A stretch of DNA of 64,000 bases from Hydractinia symbiolongicarpus (GCF_029227915.1 NC_079879.1:12196720-12260719); one strand, 5' to 3'. Counted from the stretch's first letter, positions 1-14,548 are shown. The notes: generated by a model from the letters alone, not told the origin. Translations and numbers: made by a program.

Positions 1-43
1 TAACGAGGTTGGGTCAAGAAAATCTTGAAAGCAAGGCTACCAT

Positions 44-320
44 AAGTCAGTTGATTGAAGGACAGACAAATAAATTGGTTTTAGTAAAAATATGTTCAAT
101 ACTTGATTGAGTGTCGTAGATGTAGTTTGTAAAAGGTGCTCCAACGCATTCAGTATCAGTTGATTTGTTGCAGGATTTAAAGTCATTCCCAATGCACTTA
201 GTGGACGGACCGTCACGAAAATATCTTTCGGATGGTCCAGACCAACATTCACCATAAAACTGCAATCCAAAATACCTGAATCCTTTCTCCTTGGCCAAAC
301 TGTAGCATTTACAGGCCAAC
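44..320 (-). CDS. WSC-domain secreted protein, exon 3 (C-terminal half of WSC: GFRYFGLQFYGECWSG...C...C, through the stop)
   Basis: Acceptor is ttatttaccag|G. The sequence carries the WSC consensus GYxYAGxxYGxECWCG with conserved Cys spacing. The stop codon is at 44-46. Confidence 0.6.
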
Positions 321-766
321 CTGGTAAATAAAATCTGTTGCTGGTTATGTTTTAATAAATACTACAAACAAGTAAAATAACCATACCTTATTATGTCTGT
401 GAGCAAAAATGGTAACCCGAGTATGGGTGCGTCACGTTAAGAACAGAGTTGTGTTTATTATAAACTTCATAATAAAATATTATTGTTTAACAATGTAACT
501 TTTGCTGACTAGAGCTGTCATCGCTCACTATAAAGGCTAAATTGAAGTGAGAACAAGGTTAATACCAAGTGTGCCATGTCTCAAAAAGCAAAAAAGAATC
601 ACAATGTAAAATTACTGAATAAAATAAAGAAGCAATGATTTTACTGTAAGATGGCTAGGAAGGCTTTTTATAAAAATTTAATTTTACGTGACAAAGCCGG
701 TGTTTAAGGAATGATCTGACGTTGAAAATTTGTCCATTATCCCAAGCCGAGAACAATTTAACCTAC

Positions 767-944
767 GCATGCAGAGATGCAGACCATTCCTTCCAATCAA
801 GTAAATGCGAATCCCAGTTCGGATTTATCGGATCACGGTGATTAACAAGTTCGTAGGGGTAGGGTCGATCAGGAATAATTCTGTCATGAAAGCATCCAAT
901 TTTTTTCCATGTTCTTTCACATTTTTCTGGTGGTGCTCTACCAG
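767..944 (-). CDS. WSC-domain secreted protein, exon 2 (N-terminal half of the WSC domain, KIGCFHDRIIPDRPYP...)
   Basis: Acceptor is ttttag|CTGG and donor is CATGC|gtaggt. The YxGCFxD-type WSC start motif is present. The reading frame is continuous with exon 1 (phase 1) and exon 3 (phase 2). Confidence 0.55.
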
Positions 945-1353
945 CTAAAATAATACATGTCCTTAATCCAAGCATTATTTTATTGTCCGAGAAACATATT
1001 ATTCAAACAAAGATGTGTTGTACGTCATAAATTACCATCTCGTCTCCTTGACTTTAAACATTTTTTATATAGACCTGCCGATGTCGAAAACATAAAAACC
1101 CCTGAACTGTGGTTGTCATAAAACACGTAATTATGAGATAGCGGAAAAGAATATGAAATATACCTCTAGGCGTTTTTGTGTGTTTCTTTTGGACGCAGCA
1201 ATACAGTCACGTTGTCGGAAAATAACAAAAAAATCCAACGGACAAGGTTTCTTTTTTTGAATTTTGATCACGATAAATTATTAAAATTTATTGCATACAT
1301 TACAGGGGTGTACAAACGTGTAGCGTAAAATAATAAAATTGACGAAATCTTAC

Positions 1354-1402
1354 CCGCCAATCCACAGAGAAAAAAAATCACGATTCCAAGCGGTTTATTC
1401 AT
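1354..1402 (-). CDS. WSC-domain secreted protein, exon 1 (signal peptide MNKPLGIVIFFLCGLA)
   Basis: The ATG is the complement of 1400-1402, followed by a hydrophobic stretch. A GGCGG|gtaag donor sits at the complement of 1352-1353. The exon ends in phase 1, which joins exon 2 in frame. Confidence 0.55.
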
Positions 1403-1879
1403 GCCTCTATGAGCTCCAGTTAGAAAATGGGATTTGAATTTGAAAAGCTGTCTAATATCTCTAGTGGATGTTTGCCGTACATATTAGTCCCTTTTGAATA
1501 CATCTCTAGGTCGTATTTCTTCAGATAAAGTGTTGCATTTCCGAAGTTAGAAAAAATAAGTGAATTATATTTATTTACTGAAAATTAATTTCATTAATTT
1601 TAATTTTAATTTTTAAAAAGAATCTGTTACTCTTTAGTTTACATGCGCTCAACATGAAACAGAAAAAAATATGTTATTTAGACAGATACTTCCTTACTTC
1701 ATACTTTTTTTTAACTATAAGCAGCTGGTCGATCGAAATCAATTTTTAATTTTGTTATCATTATTTACCTAAGATAACCTAATAACAAATAGTGGGTACG
1801 GCGAAGAGGGGAGAATTTGATTGTGTTTTATTCGAGATATTAACCCGTTGCATTTATTGTGGAGAACTTGTAACTCTGA

Positions 1880-2790
1880 TTAAGATGATGGATAGGATCA
1901 TGCTTTCGACGAACTGTTAAGGAGATACAAGAGTTTAAAAAAATCGCCAACATAATTGTGTCAATACACAATCTTTTTTTCAGAAATTTGTTTACCCGAT
2001 GTTTCTATTTTGTAAAGCTTGAAACCCTGATCAAGAAAATGTATAGAATCAGATGCTTCTGACGAATGGTTGTAGAGATACTGGGGTTTAAATGTTTTTG
2101 ATGATGTCATCAAACTATTGGTTTTGAGACTGGTGGGTTGACTAAGCGTTTGGAAATTGGTCTAATTTTGGTCTCAAGTGACCCCTAGTTACCCACGCGG
2201 AAGATGACGTCAATTATTTTCACCTGTTTCCAAGTTATTTGGCATCAAACTTAAAAGTACATTGGAATGGCTTCACTAATTTCATTTTATGTATTGATGA
2301 ATCAAACTAATATATTAAAGTCAACCCTGAGCTAAAGTCACAGGCAAACGGTAGTAGCCGATTATTATAACAGACTAGCCGATCACTCTGTGGAAAACCC
2401 ACTTAGGGAGGAAAACAGTGCAAAAATATTGGTTGTTTTAGGAATTTTGATGCCTATACAATTTTTTTTTTTAAAAAAAATTGTTTGCCCGTTACCTTGT
2501 GAAGAGCTTTCAGCGCTGATCAAAAATTCGTATACTTTCGTATACTTTCAACGAACAATTAAGGAGAAATAAGGATTTCAAAATCGGAATCGGATGGGTT
2601 GATTCAGCTTTCGGAAGTTAGTCCTACTTTAGCCCCAGGTGACCTCTAGTTACCCACGCAGGAGATAACCTTAGTTATCCCATCCGCTCCAAAGTTATTT
2701 AGCCTTAAACTTAAAATGCAATGCAATGGCTTCACTGATCTTATTTGATGAGGCATCACACTAAATGCATTGACAACGTGCTGTAACGTC
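1880..2790. repeat. Local tandem or dispersed duplication: two ~170-bp copies, 2150-2330 and 2620-2790, sharing ...gacc(c/t)ctagttacccacgc(g/a)gaga...cttaaaa(g/t)...aatggcttcact...
   Basis: I aligned the two copies directly by eye. No coding signal is present. Confidence 0.5.
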
Positions 2791-5700
2791 TGGCCAGTTA
2801 AGAAATAAGAATTAACAAACAAGTTTTTAATTACATCAAAGAAAAATGAACACATCTACTTTGCCCGTCATAGACAGAGAGACACATAGTTTCCATGTTA
2901 TTATAAGAGATTAAACGTGTTCGTTTATTCCGTTGAAACATTTGAAATAGGCGTTTAAAAACGAAAATGTTGCCCAATATGTCGATGGTCATAGAAAGCC
3001 GTGCCGAATTGTAAACCTCGCCAACATCGTGTGCTAACATTTTGAAATAATTTTTTTCTTTATCAACATGTTGGTGGCAAGAGCAAACCACTGGGGGTAC
3101 ATGATAGCCAACAACATCATACGACAATATATTTTTTTTTGGAATGCTACCTAAAGAATAAAAATTTTATAACAAGTTAACCTGCTCTACTTTTTTTGAG
3201 TGTTTTTTAATAATGTATTTTACATTGTTATGGCGTTATAAGATTTTAGTGCATATTATGTGAATTGAAGATTTAGAAAATATTGACAATTTTGCTTTCA
3301 CAATGAACCTTGTACTACTAATGGACTTTCATTTCTTTCTTCGTCAAAATAAAAGGAACAAACCTTGAAGATAAGTAATAAAATGAACGAATAAGTAAAG
3401 ATTCCCAGCATGTCTTCCTCCAGGTAAGTTGTGTGACGTTCAGGTAATACATTGGTTGTCAACTGATAAAGGCCATGGCCTTATAAATGGGTGGTGACTT
3501 TATATGCAACGGAATAGCTGCCGCTTGCTAACTACAAGGTGCTAGGGAACTCATTTAATCTAAAAAAAGTGCAGTCATCTTTGTCGATACATGATGTGGT
3601 GGTGTAAGAATGAACGTTGAGTTAAGAATACAAAAAGTATATTTTATAGGTACTTTGAATGCAGTTTAAGCGAGTGAAGTAAAAAAAGATAATTAAAAAA
3701 CAAACAAACGCTACCCCAAAATTTCGTACATAGTTGTAAAATCCTGTATTTAATATTATACTTTTTCATGATAAAAAAAAAACCAACAAAAAAGAAACTC
3801 TAATATTTCTGTTTTTAGGGTTTTTATTCTAATTATTCGTAATTTATAATAAAGCGCATATACAAGGTGCAATTAATTTATCAACAAAGCTAGATACAAA
3901 ATTTCATACAAAATGAGATAGTAACAAAACATGCTTCAAAACGTCACATGACAACAATAAAACTACAAAAAAATCAATTATAATACATGGAAAGAGAATG
4001 CGGAGCTTGGAGCTGAATTCATGAAACACTGTGTGCATTTGACGCCTGTGATATTTCTGTTTTTAAAAATCTCTTAAAAACTAAATATTGAAAAAAAATG
4101 TTACTTTATGAATAACTACTATGAAGTTTTACGCGTGAATTTTTTTTGATCACTTACATTAGCGTTCTACCAAGAGAATAAAGCCGGATTCTCACTCAAA
4201 AATGATAAGCGTGTCGCACCGAAATCAGTTGATTTGACAAGCTTGATCTATTGATTGATATGAAAGAAGGTTTAGTTTAATTCAACTTTTTTTTGTAGTA
4301 GGCGTTTCAAAAATTAAACAAACAAAAGAATAATCAAGAATAATTATCTTTTGAACCAATCAGTGAAACCAAAATTTGGCTTAAGAAGTAAACCAAGCCG
4401 GCTCACCTTCATGTCAACCACCTCTAAAAAGACAAATTATTTAAATATAAAATGTTTAAATCGTTTAAAAAGGTCTGGCACTATCACGTGTGGCACCAGA
4501 TCACAAAAAAGGAAATAATTGGGGTAATTATAGTAAACTTGTAAGTAAAAAAATAGAAAAAATAGATTTAAAAAAAAAATGTTTAACAAACGCGTTCATT
4601 ATTAATTTTTTTTATTGAAAGTCATTAAAATCAAGGAATTGTAACAGATTTGCGATAAATTTCCAACACCATCTCATCAAAACTATACCCCATATGACAG
4701 CTTGTGTACATCGAAGGAAACTTCTTATCTGCTTGTAAAATAAATTGCATAGCAGATAGAAAAATCTTCTTTATGTTTAAGAATTTTATAGGCAAAGACA
4801 GTTGACTGGCTTGTCGAATGTAGAGTGGGTGTGACCAAGGATATTGTAAGTGTGAACTTGCAGCACTTCTGTCCATGCTGCAAATCATGCCTTTAAGAAG
4901 AATGCATATAATGATGGTTAATATGTAGTCCTCCACTTCTGTAATAAATTTCGAGTCTGAAAAAGAAGTGAAAACAGTGAGATATCCCGAAGGTAATAAT
5001 CGACGCGATGGGATAAAATTTATAATTCTTTGACACCTGATAACGTTTTTAATCAAAATTTGTTCAAAAATAAATTTTCTGTTGATGACTAATAATAGAA
5101 CATTATGATAATAAAAATTATGTTCTTGCACCTGCTATCATTTTAATAGAATTGGTCCCAAAAGAAAAATCTCTATTTGCAACAAAAAAATTGAACAGTA
5201 AACATAAAAAGCACTCCTAATATGATAATGACGTCACATCTAGTACTTCTTTAAACTGTGGAACACAGTTCAGGACTTCGTCGGAATGTCGTCCTGGCTG
5301 GGACAATTTTTCAAATTATTTCGTATTTTTTTACATGCGCAGTTGGTTGGGTTTTAATTTTTTCTGGTCGTTTTTCAGTCCTCCATTTCTTTCCGTGTAA
5401 CCATTCAAAGACCAGATAAATGTTAGATTTAACTTTTCTCAGTTCTTATTAATTGTTCGCGTAATATAGAAATGTTTCCTTTCTACACAAATTCGATAAA
5501 AGCCATTACTCTTTATTTTGCTAGACGATGTTTCTTATTATAGCCGTTCCGCAGCTCCTCAGCCCCTAGCCTACTTATGTTTTACGTAGAGCCACAAATT
5601 ACAATTCACCCTTTTCGATTGGCATTTAGAAGTCCGAAATCTTTGTCTAAGAAAGTATTTTTTATTTTGCGAAAATTAAATTCCGTCAAAAAATTTTTTT

Positions 5701-5924
5701 TTGACCAAATCGAACATATTTTCGTGCAAAGAATATCAAAATAGTACCTGCGTAGGGTAGTCCTATTTGAGAACATAACTTTTTAAAGCGGATTGTTTCA
5801 TCTTCAGTTAGTACATTGGAAGTTTGCCAAGAGCCATTCTAAACGAGAAATTATCAACATCACGGTTCATAGCAGTTACTAGAAAATAGTTCGCTGACTT
5901 CCCTGGCCATCTATTTATATTATA

Positions 5925-6035
5925 ATACCCGTATACGTCTGTCTGTCTGTCTGTCAGGAAAAATGGTACCGCAAGTAGTGGGAGGCACACAATGGAAAAA
6001 AAGAACGGGCGAAGCCGTTGGTTTTCCACGGGCCA
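5925..6035 (+). mobile_element. Solo short copy of the 'TAATA(G/C)CCGTAT(T/A)CGTCTGTCTGTC' repeat family (head plus 3' hairpin CCGTTGG-TTTT-CCACGG, ending ...CTAG)
   Basis: The head motif and 3' palindrome are shared with the copies at 35575-35700, 37736, 39163 and 41043. Confidence 0.5.
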
Positions 6036-9000
6036 CCAACTAGTTTTACATACAAAGGGCACTATTTCCTTGACCAGTAGACCTTGAAAGATACTATTTT
6101 CCCTAACTTTACAGATTTTTTCCCTGATATTCCTTATCTCCCCTGCATTTAAGACGCGATAGAACCTGTAAAATCTCTGACATTTTTACCTATGCAAACA
6201 TAAATGCATATCTTAGGGGAGCCAGCGGGTTAAAAGTGAACAATAAAAGGGAAAATTAATTTTCCTTCTAATATGTTTCAAAGACCATGAATTTACTAAA
6301 ATTAAACGTTTTCCATAAAATATTTACAGATATAATACTTTTAGTTTTTTTTGTTAAATTCTGTCTGTAAATTAGACGAAAAATAGCCAAGTGGTGGAGG
6401 TATTTTTTTTACTGTATTGGGTTTGAAATTTAGAAAAAAATAAAATTCATCTAAGATATGTAAAGTGAGAAAACATGCCAATTGTATAAAACCAATTACT
6501 CAATTTAGGTTTACACCAAGGTGGCTTTAAATTTTAAAATATTGAGAAAGTTGCCTATTTTCCACCTTTTACCTTCACCATAGATTTGACTACCTTATTC
6601 CGTGAAATTAACGAGTCAAAGATTAACACGAATTAAATTAACGGTCATGAAATTAACGCGGTTCAATAAAAATGAAATTATTTTGAAAAGGGTATTTAAT
6701 TAACGCGGTTGAGCCAGTTTTTTTTTGCGTCAAAATATGCGTCAAAATTATTTGAGCCAACCTGACTTTTAATCTTAAATTTATCCAAAATTGATATTTT
6801 TTTAAGATCTGGCATTTTTTTGTATATGTACAGGTTTTTACTGATGTTATCAAAAACCCATCACAGTAAAAAAAAAGATTAGGGGGGTTTTTAGGGAGTT
6901 ATTAGGGAGAAAATAGAAAAATATTATCAAATTTCACATCAAACATACACATTCAAAATGCCAAAAATAGGCATAAGGATATCTAATCAAAGAAAAACTT
7001 TTTAACAATTTCAACCATTATTCAGACAGTAGGACATTTTACCTACTTTACTCACTTGGTTAATTTTTTTCAAAATTATTTTGCCCCTTCGATAGTTAAT
7101 TCGATTGTTGAATCCTAATCCCCCTATTAAAAGGGGTAAAGTTTTGTGGTTCTAATCAAATCGACCGTGATAAAGACACTAAAGATCTTCTTTATGCTAT
7201 TTATCTGCTATACAGAATTCCCTTCTTCTCTAACTAAAATTGTTTTACTGTTCTCTTTCCATCAAATTCGAAAATATATTAGAATTGTGTATTAAATCCC
7301 CGCGAATGTCCTTGAAACTTAAAGGGAATCAAACGTAAAAAACAAACAAACAAACACAAATAAATACACACCCAAACAAACAAACATCCAACATTAAAAC
7401 ATAGCTAGGTACCTTTTCCTGTTTTTTAGCCACAGACTTCATGTATTCATAACACAGATCATCTTTAGAATAAGTGAAAACCATATCATGCAAATCCACA
7501 TATGGCCTGTTGAAGTTTATACCATGTAGGAAATCCGAAAGTACTAGACGAATCAAAATAAAATTAATTCCAGGCGTACGAATAAAAGCCTACTTAACAG
7601 AAACTTTTGTATTGGCGGGATTGCAAAACAAGGAATTGATAAAGGAATACAGGAACTGCAGTAACTCGTAAATAAAATTTATATAAATATGCAAAAAATA
7701 GGACTGCTGATAAATTCTTAGGTATTAGATACGAATAAAGATAAAAATAAATGTTGCCAAGAGAAACACAGATGGGACTAAGGGGAAAATGGTAGATGAA
7801 ATAGGTTCAATTACCACCACCATCGCCAACGCTACTTAAGTAGGAAACACAATATTTCCATTTTATAATCCTCTAGAGTAACGTTTCCTCTCTACTTAAA
7901 CTTTCAGAAAATATAAGTACCTGAAAAAAAATTCTGGTTTTTCTTGCCCAATATTCGTTCTTGCATTTCAATTTCAGATAAACCTAAATTAACAAATTTA
8001 AAACCAACAAACATAATAAAATAGAAGTCGCAGCAACTTTTATATATTATTGGCCATTTCTGTTCCAAAACAAATCCTCAAAGCCAAAACCCTTCTTTCT
8101 ATGAACTATGAAAAAAATATTTTTAAAACTGAAAATGAGGGATTTAGGCTGGGTGATCCTATTCCTCACCCCAAATCAAAATCGGTAAACGGTTAATTGG
8201 GACAAAACATTGTTACCATAACAGTGTTTTAATTTATCTCTTGCTCCCTCATACCACAGTACAAGCAAAAAAATGTCTTACAAATTTGTAATTGAGAATC
8301 GATGGAAAATAAATCGTGATAACAAAATGTTTTCAATAACACGAGGTTCTAAGCTTAAAATCAAAATCAATAATTGTTTAAGAAACCTGAAAACTTTTAA
8401 ATACGGGAATTGACAAAATTTACACCTCTTGTTCAGTCAGAACTGATTTCAGTGCTCTGTTTTAGAGGGTGTTTGTTAAACGGAATATTCAGAAACGAGG
8501 TTCTTAAACCCAAACGCTAATCGATGTGTACACCAAGATAACTCGAAAAGAGACAAACTATATGTGGTGAAAGAGCATTGTCAGTCGACATGAAAGTTTT
8601 TTGTTGATTAGTGATATTATATTATTCGGTCATACATCTTGTATATGTTTACAAAGTAAATACATATATGTTTCTTAACCACGCCCTCCCCTACCTCCTT
8701 AAGAAAAAAAAAGAAAGAAATAACTCGGTTAAAACACTTACATTTCCTTTGAAGCTTACTTAAAAAAACAAAAGCAATTAAACGTTTTTGTTGTAAATTA
8801 CATACATAAATTTTTCGAAGTTTATAATGGTACATTTTATATATGCATATCTAAATTCCATCACTTAATGTTCTTTCATTACAGTTGAGATTCAACATTT
8901 TTCAAATTACATTTTGATTCACATGATTAGAGTAAAAATACGTCATGTTTAGTTCAAACTGCTACACAGAATTTTTTTATTAACAGCCAACTTCTTAGTT

Positions 9001-10559
9001 TTCAGGTCCTTTTTGCGTTCTCTTTACAGAGCTTCTATTAAAAAATTACACGTGCTTGTTTTGCAAACATGAATACACCACAAATAAATAGGAAAAAGCT
9101 TCACAAAATCGAAAATAATAAGGCTTATGACAGCGTTGAAGTGTATAAATAAGAGCTTGGAATCTCTCGTTTTATCTTTTCCTACAAATACCAACCGATC
9201 GAGCGAAAGACCAACAAATAAAGAAATAAAAAAGTGGGGTCATTTGAATGCGAATCATTTTGGAATGGTCTCACGAAATTACCAAACACCCCTCATCCCC
9301 TATTTTTAAAATGTTTTCCATTCTTACCATCGTATAGTTACGTTCTTATCAAAACATCGTATGCTTGCTGACTGTGGAAAAATCAACTTAAGCAAAGGAA
9401 CAATTGGATTTTCAAAGGGATTTCTGCAATGAAAAAAATAATTTTGATGTTAAAGAGGATAAAATATTCTTTATCAAGTTTATAAAAAAATTTTATTTTC
9501 GTTCTTAAAATATTCAGCTTCAAAGATTTCTATGTGACCTTATGACATTATCATTGATAATGTCATAAGGTAGTAAGCTTAAATTATTACTTGAGATATC
9601 TTGCAAATTTACTTAATATTAAAACTTTTACGCAGTGTTAACTGAAGCTCTTGATGATAGTTTAAGAATGATTGCATCTTTAACTACAGGCAGAAATGTA
9701 ACGTCAGCATTTTTTAAAAATTTACATGACATAAGTTCCGGATTATAAATATTTAAATTTCTTGAATTACTTGAGAACAACAAAGGATTTAAAAAAACAA
9801 TTTTTTATTTTTCACAACATATAAAAATATCATTTTTAAAGCAGGAATCCTTTTTTTAATAAAATCAGCAACGATCATCTTATACAATTTTTTAAAAATA
9901 TGTTTGCACATTGATTCTATTGTGTATGTTTAAAACGCTGCTCAGAAAAAAATATAGAATATAGTTTTTTGACGATGTCATTAAATTACTAAGATGGTGT
10001 GAAATGCTATGCTAAAACATACAAGTTTTAAAACATCAAAGTTCTAGCGTTCCAAATGAAAAGGCTTATTTTGATAAAAAACTTTAGTTGATAAAATTTT
10101 TACTCCTTCTACAAAACAACAAACCCAACAACATCAAAACAACAATAAACAAGCGAAACTTCAATGGGATTACCTGGATGTAAAACATCAAAAAACTATT
10201 AAATCAATCCACAGAAAAGTTCGAAAATCCGTTCTTTTGAGTTGCTTGACTCATTTTGCCCACAAATCCGCCATTATTGGGCAAGATTTTTTTTTTAGAA
10301 AACCGATTTCGTCACATGCGTGAGTCTATTGTTCCCGGTAATTGTGCAAAACATTAGAGAAAACTAATAATCCAATCCTAAGAAATGTCGTAAGACCGTA
10401 TTTTTGGACCGTTTAGCCTATTTTGCGCATAATTCGACGTTTTTGAGCCGATAAGATTTTTTCTAAAAAAACTGAGCCGGTAACGAACGAACAGACACAG
10501 GTGATTTTATAGAATCTCACCTGGACCAGCTAGGTCAAAAAAGGCTCACTTATACAACT

Positions 10560-11100
10560 GAATCGGATATAAATGTAAAACAGTTAAACTATATAGGTTT
10601 GTCTGGTTCAGTGACAAAAAATAATTAAAACTTGCAACTTCCTTTTTCTTAAATTCAACTGAAACATGATCTGAAGAACACGCATCTTTTATATTGAAAA
10701 ATGCTATTCCAATATCTGAATTTAAAGTTTTGTAATTTGTAAGAATACAAATAAACACGGCTGCAACAAAGAATATACAAAGGTAACTTGTCACATAGAC
10801 ACAGTTCAACATGTGCAAATGTTGTAGATACATCAATGTCTTTAAGTTTATACTAGCACAAGCATTTGTAAAAGAGCAATACAACTAACCAAATACAGGT
10901 ACTGACTTCAGAGCACACTTCTTCTTTTTCTTCAACAATGTCTGTTCCTGTACTACCACTAAAAAAAAAATTAAAAAAGAGCTCACAAGATCTGTTAGAT
11001 ATAAAAACAACGTAGACAACTAATAGGTTATTTACCTTCGTCCATGATTGCTGGTGAATCTGAAAAGAAAATAGAATGTCAGACGTACACATCAAACCAT
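10560..11100 (-). repeat. Exon-less paralog of the polyproline-gene intron unit (homologous to 16447-16990 and 19130-19350)
   Basis: I observed a long collinear match, e.g. 'aaattcaactgaaacatga(t/c)ctgaagaa(c/t)ac(g/a)catcttttatattgaaaaat(g/c)ctatt' and 'acagttcaacatgtgcaaatgttg(t/c)agatac'. Confidence 0.55.
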
Positions 11101-11132
11101 GTACCCTTGATTTTTTTGTACTTTTATTAAGG

Positions 11133-11300
11133 ACTTTGCTGACATCAGCAAAGTTTTTAAACCCTTATATCTCATTAACCGCTCATCAAAAGCACATGAT
11201 CGTGTACATTTTCTTGATCAGCGCATTAAGCTCTACACAATTGAGGCAAAGTAAAAAACAGGTTCTAATTTTTTTTGCAGATGGGTTTCTGACATCATCA
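11133..11300. mobile_element. MITE-like element with terminal inverted repeats (..TGCTGACATCAGCA.. / ..TCTGACATCATCA..), a homolog of the 29772-30016 element
   Basis: About 170 bp of internal similarity to 29790-29990 (..ccgctcatcaaaagcacatgatcgtgtacatttt.. vs ..ccgttcgtcaaaagtacacaatcctacacatttt..). Both copies are bounded by TGAC(G)TCA-containing inverted ends. Confidence 0.4.
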
Positions 11301-13599
11301 AAATTCAAATGACGCTTCCTTTATCTTGCCTCAGTGGATTTTTCCAATGGCACTGTCGACTAGTTTTATGAATAATAAATAACCTAGTTTCCCTCACAAA
11401 AGTGCAGGAAATGTTTTAAAAAAAGTTTTCGATCTAACATCTAAAACAACAAAAATCAGTTCTTTCGGTATTCATAAAATTTTACACAAAATGTCAAAAA
11501 ACACCATTTGGAACGCGCACCAAATTTAGACGTTTCAGTATCTAGCGTGCAGTCCACCCCCATAAGAGTTTGTACAAATTATGAATAGCAGAACTTAGAA
11601 AATCTAATCAATGATGACCTATTTTTTCTTGTTTAGCGCTTCCTCTACAGTGCAAATTATATCGAATTGCACTGTGCGGAGTGCAAATATTTCTTAATTG
11701 CACTCTAGAATCTTAACTGCACTCTTTAAGGAGCGTCGATAATTTAAATATTTATTTTCTCGCGTTTTATGATAAGTCAAAAAAAAGATATCTCCACAAT
11801 GAATCCAACTAATTATAAATCGGGTAATAAAAAAATCAAAACATTGAAATTGACTTCCTGTGCTACTCTAACAAAAAAAGTTCATTGTGTGATTAGCTCG
11901 TAATCGAACGTTTGTTCGTGCAATTGGAAATAATCGAACTTGTAATTTTTTTGCTTTTTAAATTTATCCTCGTCCTAACGGACTCGGAAAATTAAAAGCA
12001 AAAAAAAAAATACTCGTTCGATTATTTTTAATTGCACTCATAAAAGTGGGATTACATATACTAATTTTACAAAAATAGTTTTTTCGTTATATTGCATATG
12101 GTTTTTTCTCAAAAAGGTGCAACATAAAATGAAAAAAAAAACTTTCAATTATATCATCTAAAACAAAAAAATCATTTCTTTTAATATATTTTTCTTACTG
12201 AAAAAAACCTTAATCCGTGAAATTAAATTATTTTGATTTGTTCTGACAAAACGTTTGAACAAAATATAAAAATTAATTGGTTAAAAAAAAACAAAATAAA
12301 AATTTGCAAATTTCAATTATTTCCTTATTTTTTTAAGTGAAGTTTGATCAAAAATGTCAAAAATGATAGTTGCGAGGAGTCAATTCTAAATAAAAAAAAG
12401 ATCAGTTATTTTAACAATCTGGATTTAGCCAAAACGGGTTTTCAGGCATTCTGATTGGCTTAGCACTCTTGAAGACGGGTCAATATGGAGCGGTATTGCC
12501 CGTCGTTAAGAAAAATGGCAGTGTAAAATGCAAACAAAAACGAAAAAACAAATTTCAAATAAAAAAATAAAATTTTAAATAATAAAAATAGCTAAAAAGA
12601 GGAATAACAACATAAACAGAGTGACAACAAAAATTGTTTCAAGGAGAAGAGGATTTTAAAGGGTTTTGTGCTAAATTTAGAGGTCTGTCACTTTCTCATG
12701 CTAAGAATTAAAAAAAAAAAAAAAATTAAAATAAAGCTTTTGATGAGGGACGTTTTCCTAACAAGAAAATCTCTGTAACGTAATAGTGAAACTATCGAAC
12801 TATTATCAGTGTACCTGAAAAAATAGAGATGTTTAGGAGGAGATTTAGTCATATTTTCAACTTTTTAGAGGACAATAGAGGACTTTATGGCTTTTTAAAA
12901 AAGAAGATTTTAAAGAAGGCGTGGCCACCCTGATAAATAGTTTGCTAGCTAACTGGGTATACTCGATCTTTACTTTAAAGTTAACTTTAAAGTAAAGTTA
13001 GTAAAAGTTAGTAAACAGATAACCAGTAAACTAAATATAAAGTGTAGACTTTTCTACTTCCTAGCTAGTTGTTGGATTTTATACTGCCTCCTTTCTGCAT
13101 CATCAACGCTGAAAAAGCACAAAAACACAACTTGTGTTTTAGTGTATGTTTGTATGCACGCTCTTGTAATGTTTTTATAAAAAATTATTTTGAAGGAATG
13201 AGTAAAAAAATGCAAAAAGAACAACGAAAAACGCACTAAAAAATAATTTTTTCAAATTTATCGGCAACAAATTTACAAATTATTAAAAAAACCTTTATAT
13301 AAAAAGCCTGTGTATTTTTAAAAACGATATCAGCTATATATATATGCCTATATATAGGTATATTGCTATATGGATACTTATATTTTAAATAGCCGCGCCT
13401 ACAAAGCTAAAATGTATATGTGTTTTATTAAGTACTGACCAAACTTCAACTTTGCTAAAATTAAGTGCCAAGCCCCGCTTTGAGGGAGCAATGTGACGGG
13501 GATTTTGTGCCTTGGACAACCATACTCACTCACACTAGGGAATTAATATATGACAATTCCTTCATATAATCCCAGACAAACAAGAATTCACTAAGCAGG

Positions 13600-14050
13600 A
13601 TATCTCTGAGTACTGGTAATCCTGTAAATTTTTCCACAGGCTGACGAATAGTATATAGATATTCGTGGAAGTTAAAAATTTAACCAATTATCAATTCTCC
13701 TTGTTTGTTTTTTGTTGTATACAAGAGTTTTTAAAACTGGTTTTAACTCCATATATTTAAAAGATTTTGGATGTAATTTTACAACAAGGACCATTGTTAT
13801 TAGCAACGCTTTTTCTTGACAGGGGCTTCCTTGCTAATGGCTGCTAGCTACCTATTTTGCCTTCTTGTTGTTCTTTGCAACTGTGGCAGTAATATTTTAA
13901 CAACTTCTGTAAAGATTTTTTAGAGTGGTCTGATATAAAACTATTTCTCTCCCCATATTGAAACACTAGGTATATGTCCTCCACTTCAGAATCAAAATAC
14001 ATACAAAATACATAAATTAGGACCTTCCAGAACACATTGGCCCAAAGAAA
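13600..14050. repeat. Intronic repeat, paralog of 15590-15990, same orientation
   Basis: The copies share '...cacaggctgac(g/a)aa(t/c)agtata(t/c)a(g/a)ata...ggttttaactccat...ctaggtatatgtcctcc...cagaatcaaa(a/t)tacat'. Each lies at the same position relative to the neighbouring FH1-like exon, which indicates a tandem exon-intron unit duplication. Confidence 0.6.
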
Positions 14051-14548
14051 ATATGATGCAGTGATAGCTACAACAAAAAAATTTCTCGTTGATCTCAACC
14101 TCCCTTTTCATAGTAAAAAAAGATTATTCTTGCGACATTCCTTATACCTTTTGGTACAAAAAGCAGTATTTTCTGTCAAAACAACAATGTGAAAATATTT
14201 TGTTACTAGGTATGTGTTTTCTTTGGTTTGATTGGTCAAATAAATTTGAACCTTATCAACTGACACATTGTTCTTCATACAATAGGTTACAGTTAACTTC
14301 AAGGTTTTAATTATATATTTTCTAAGTACGGGTATGAGTATTTAAATTAACTATGAAAAATTTATTAACCAAAAATGAGGCACATCAATTTTTGCGTAAG
14401 ATTATAACGCTGCAGATAAATCTAACTTTCATTACCTAAAACTGATGAGTGTTAACTGAGAAACTGTCTGTAAACGAGGTGAATTTCTTACAATGTTCAA
14501 TACAAGTAACACTGTCCCGTTGAATTTTACAAAATAATATCCTACTAC

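Noticed and set aside
4631-5131. The longest minus-strand ORF in the first 10 kb (166 aa) and other long ORFs (e.g. 10546-11095, 21427-21738, 32063-32365 on the plus strand) as genes.
   Set aside because: They have low-complexity AT-driven composition and no recognisable domains, and several lie antisense to real exons or inside repeats. Long stop-free runs are expected by chance here.
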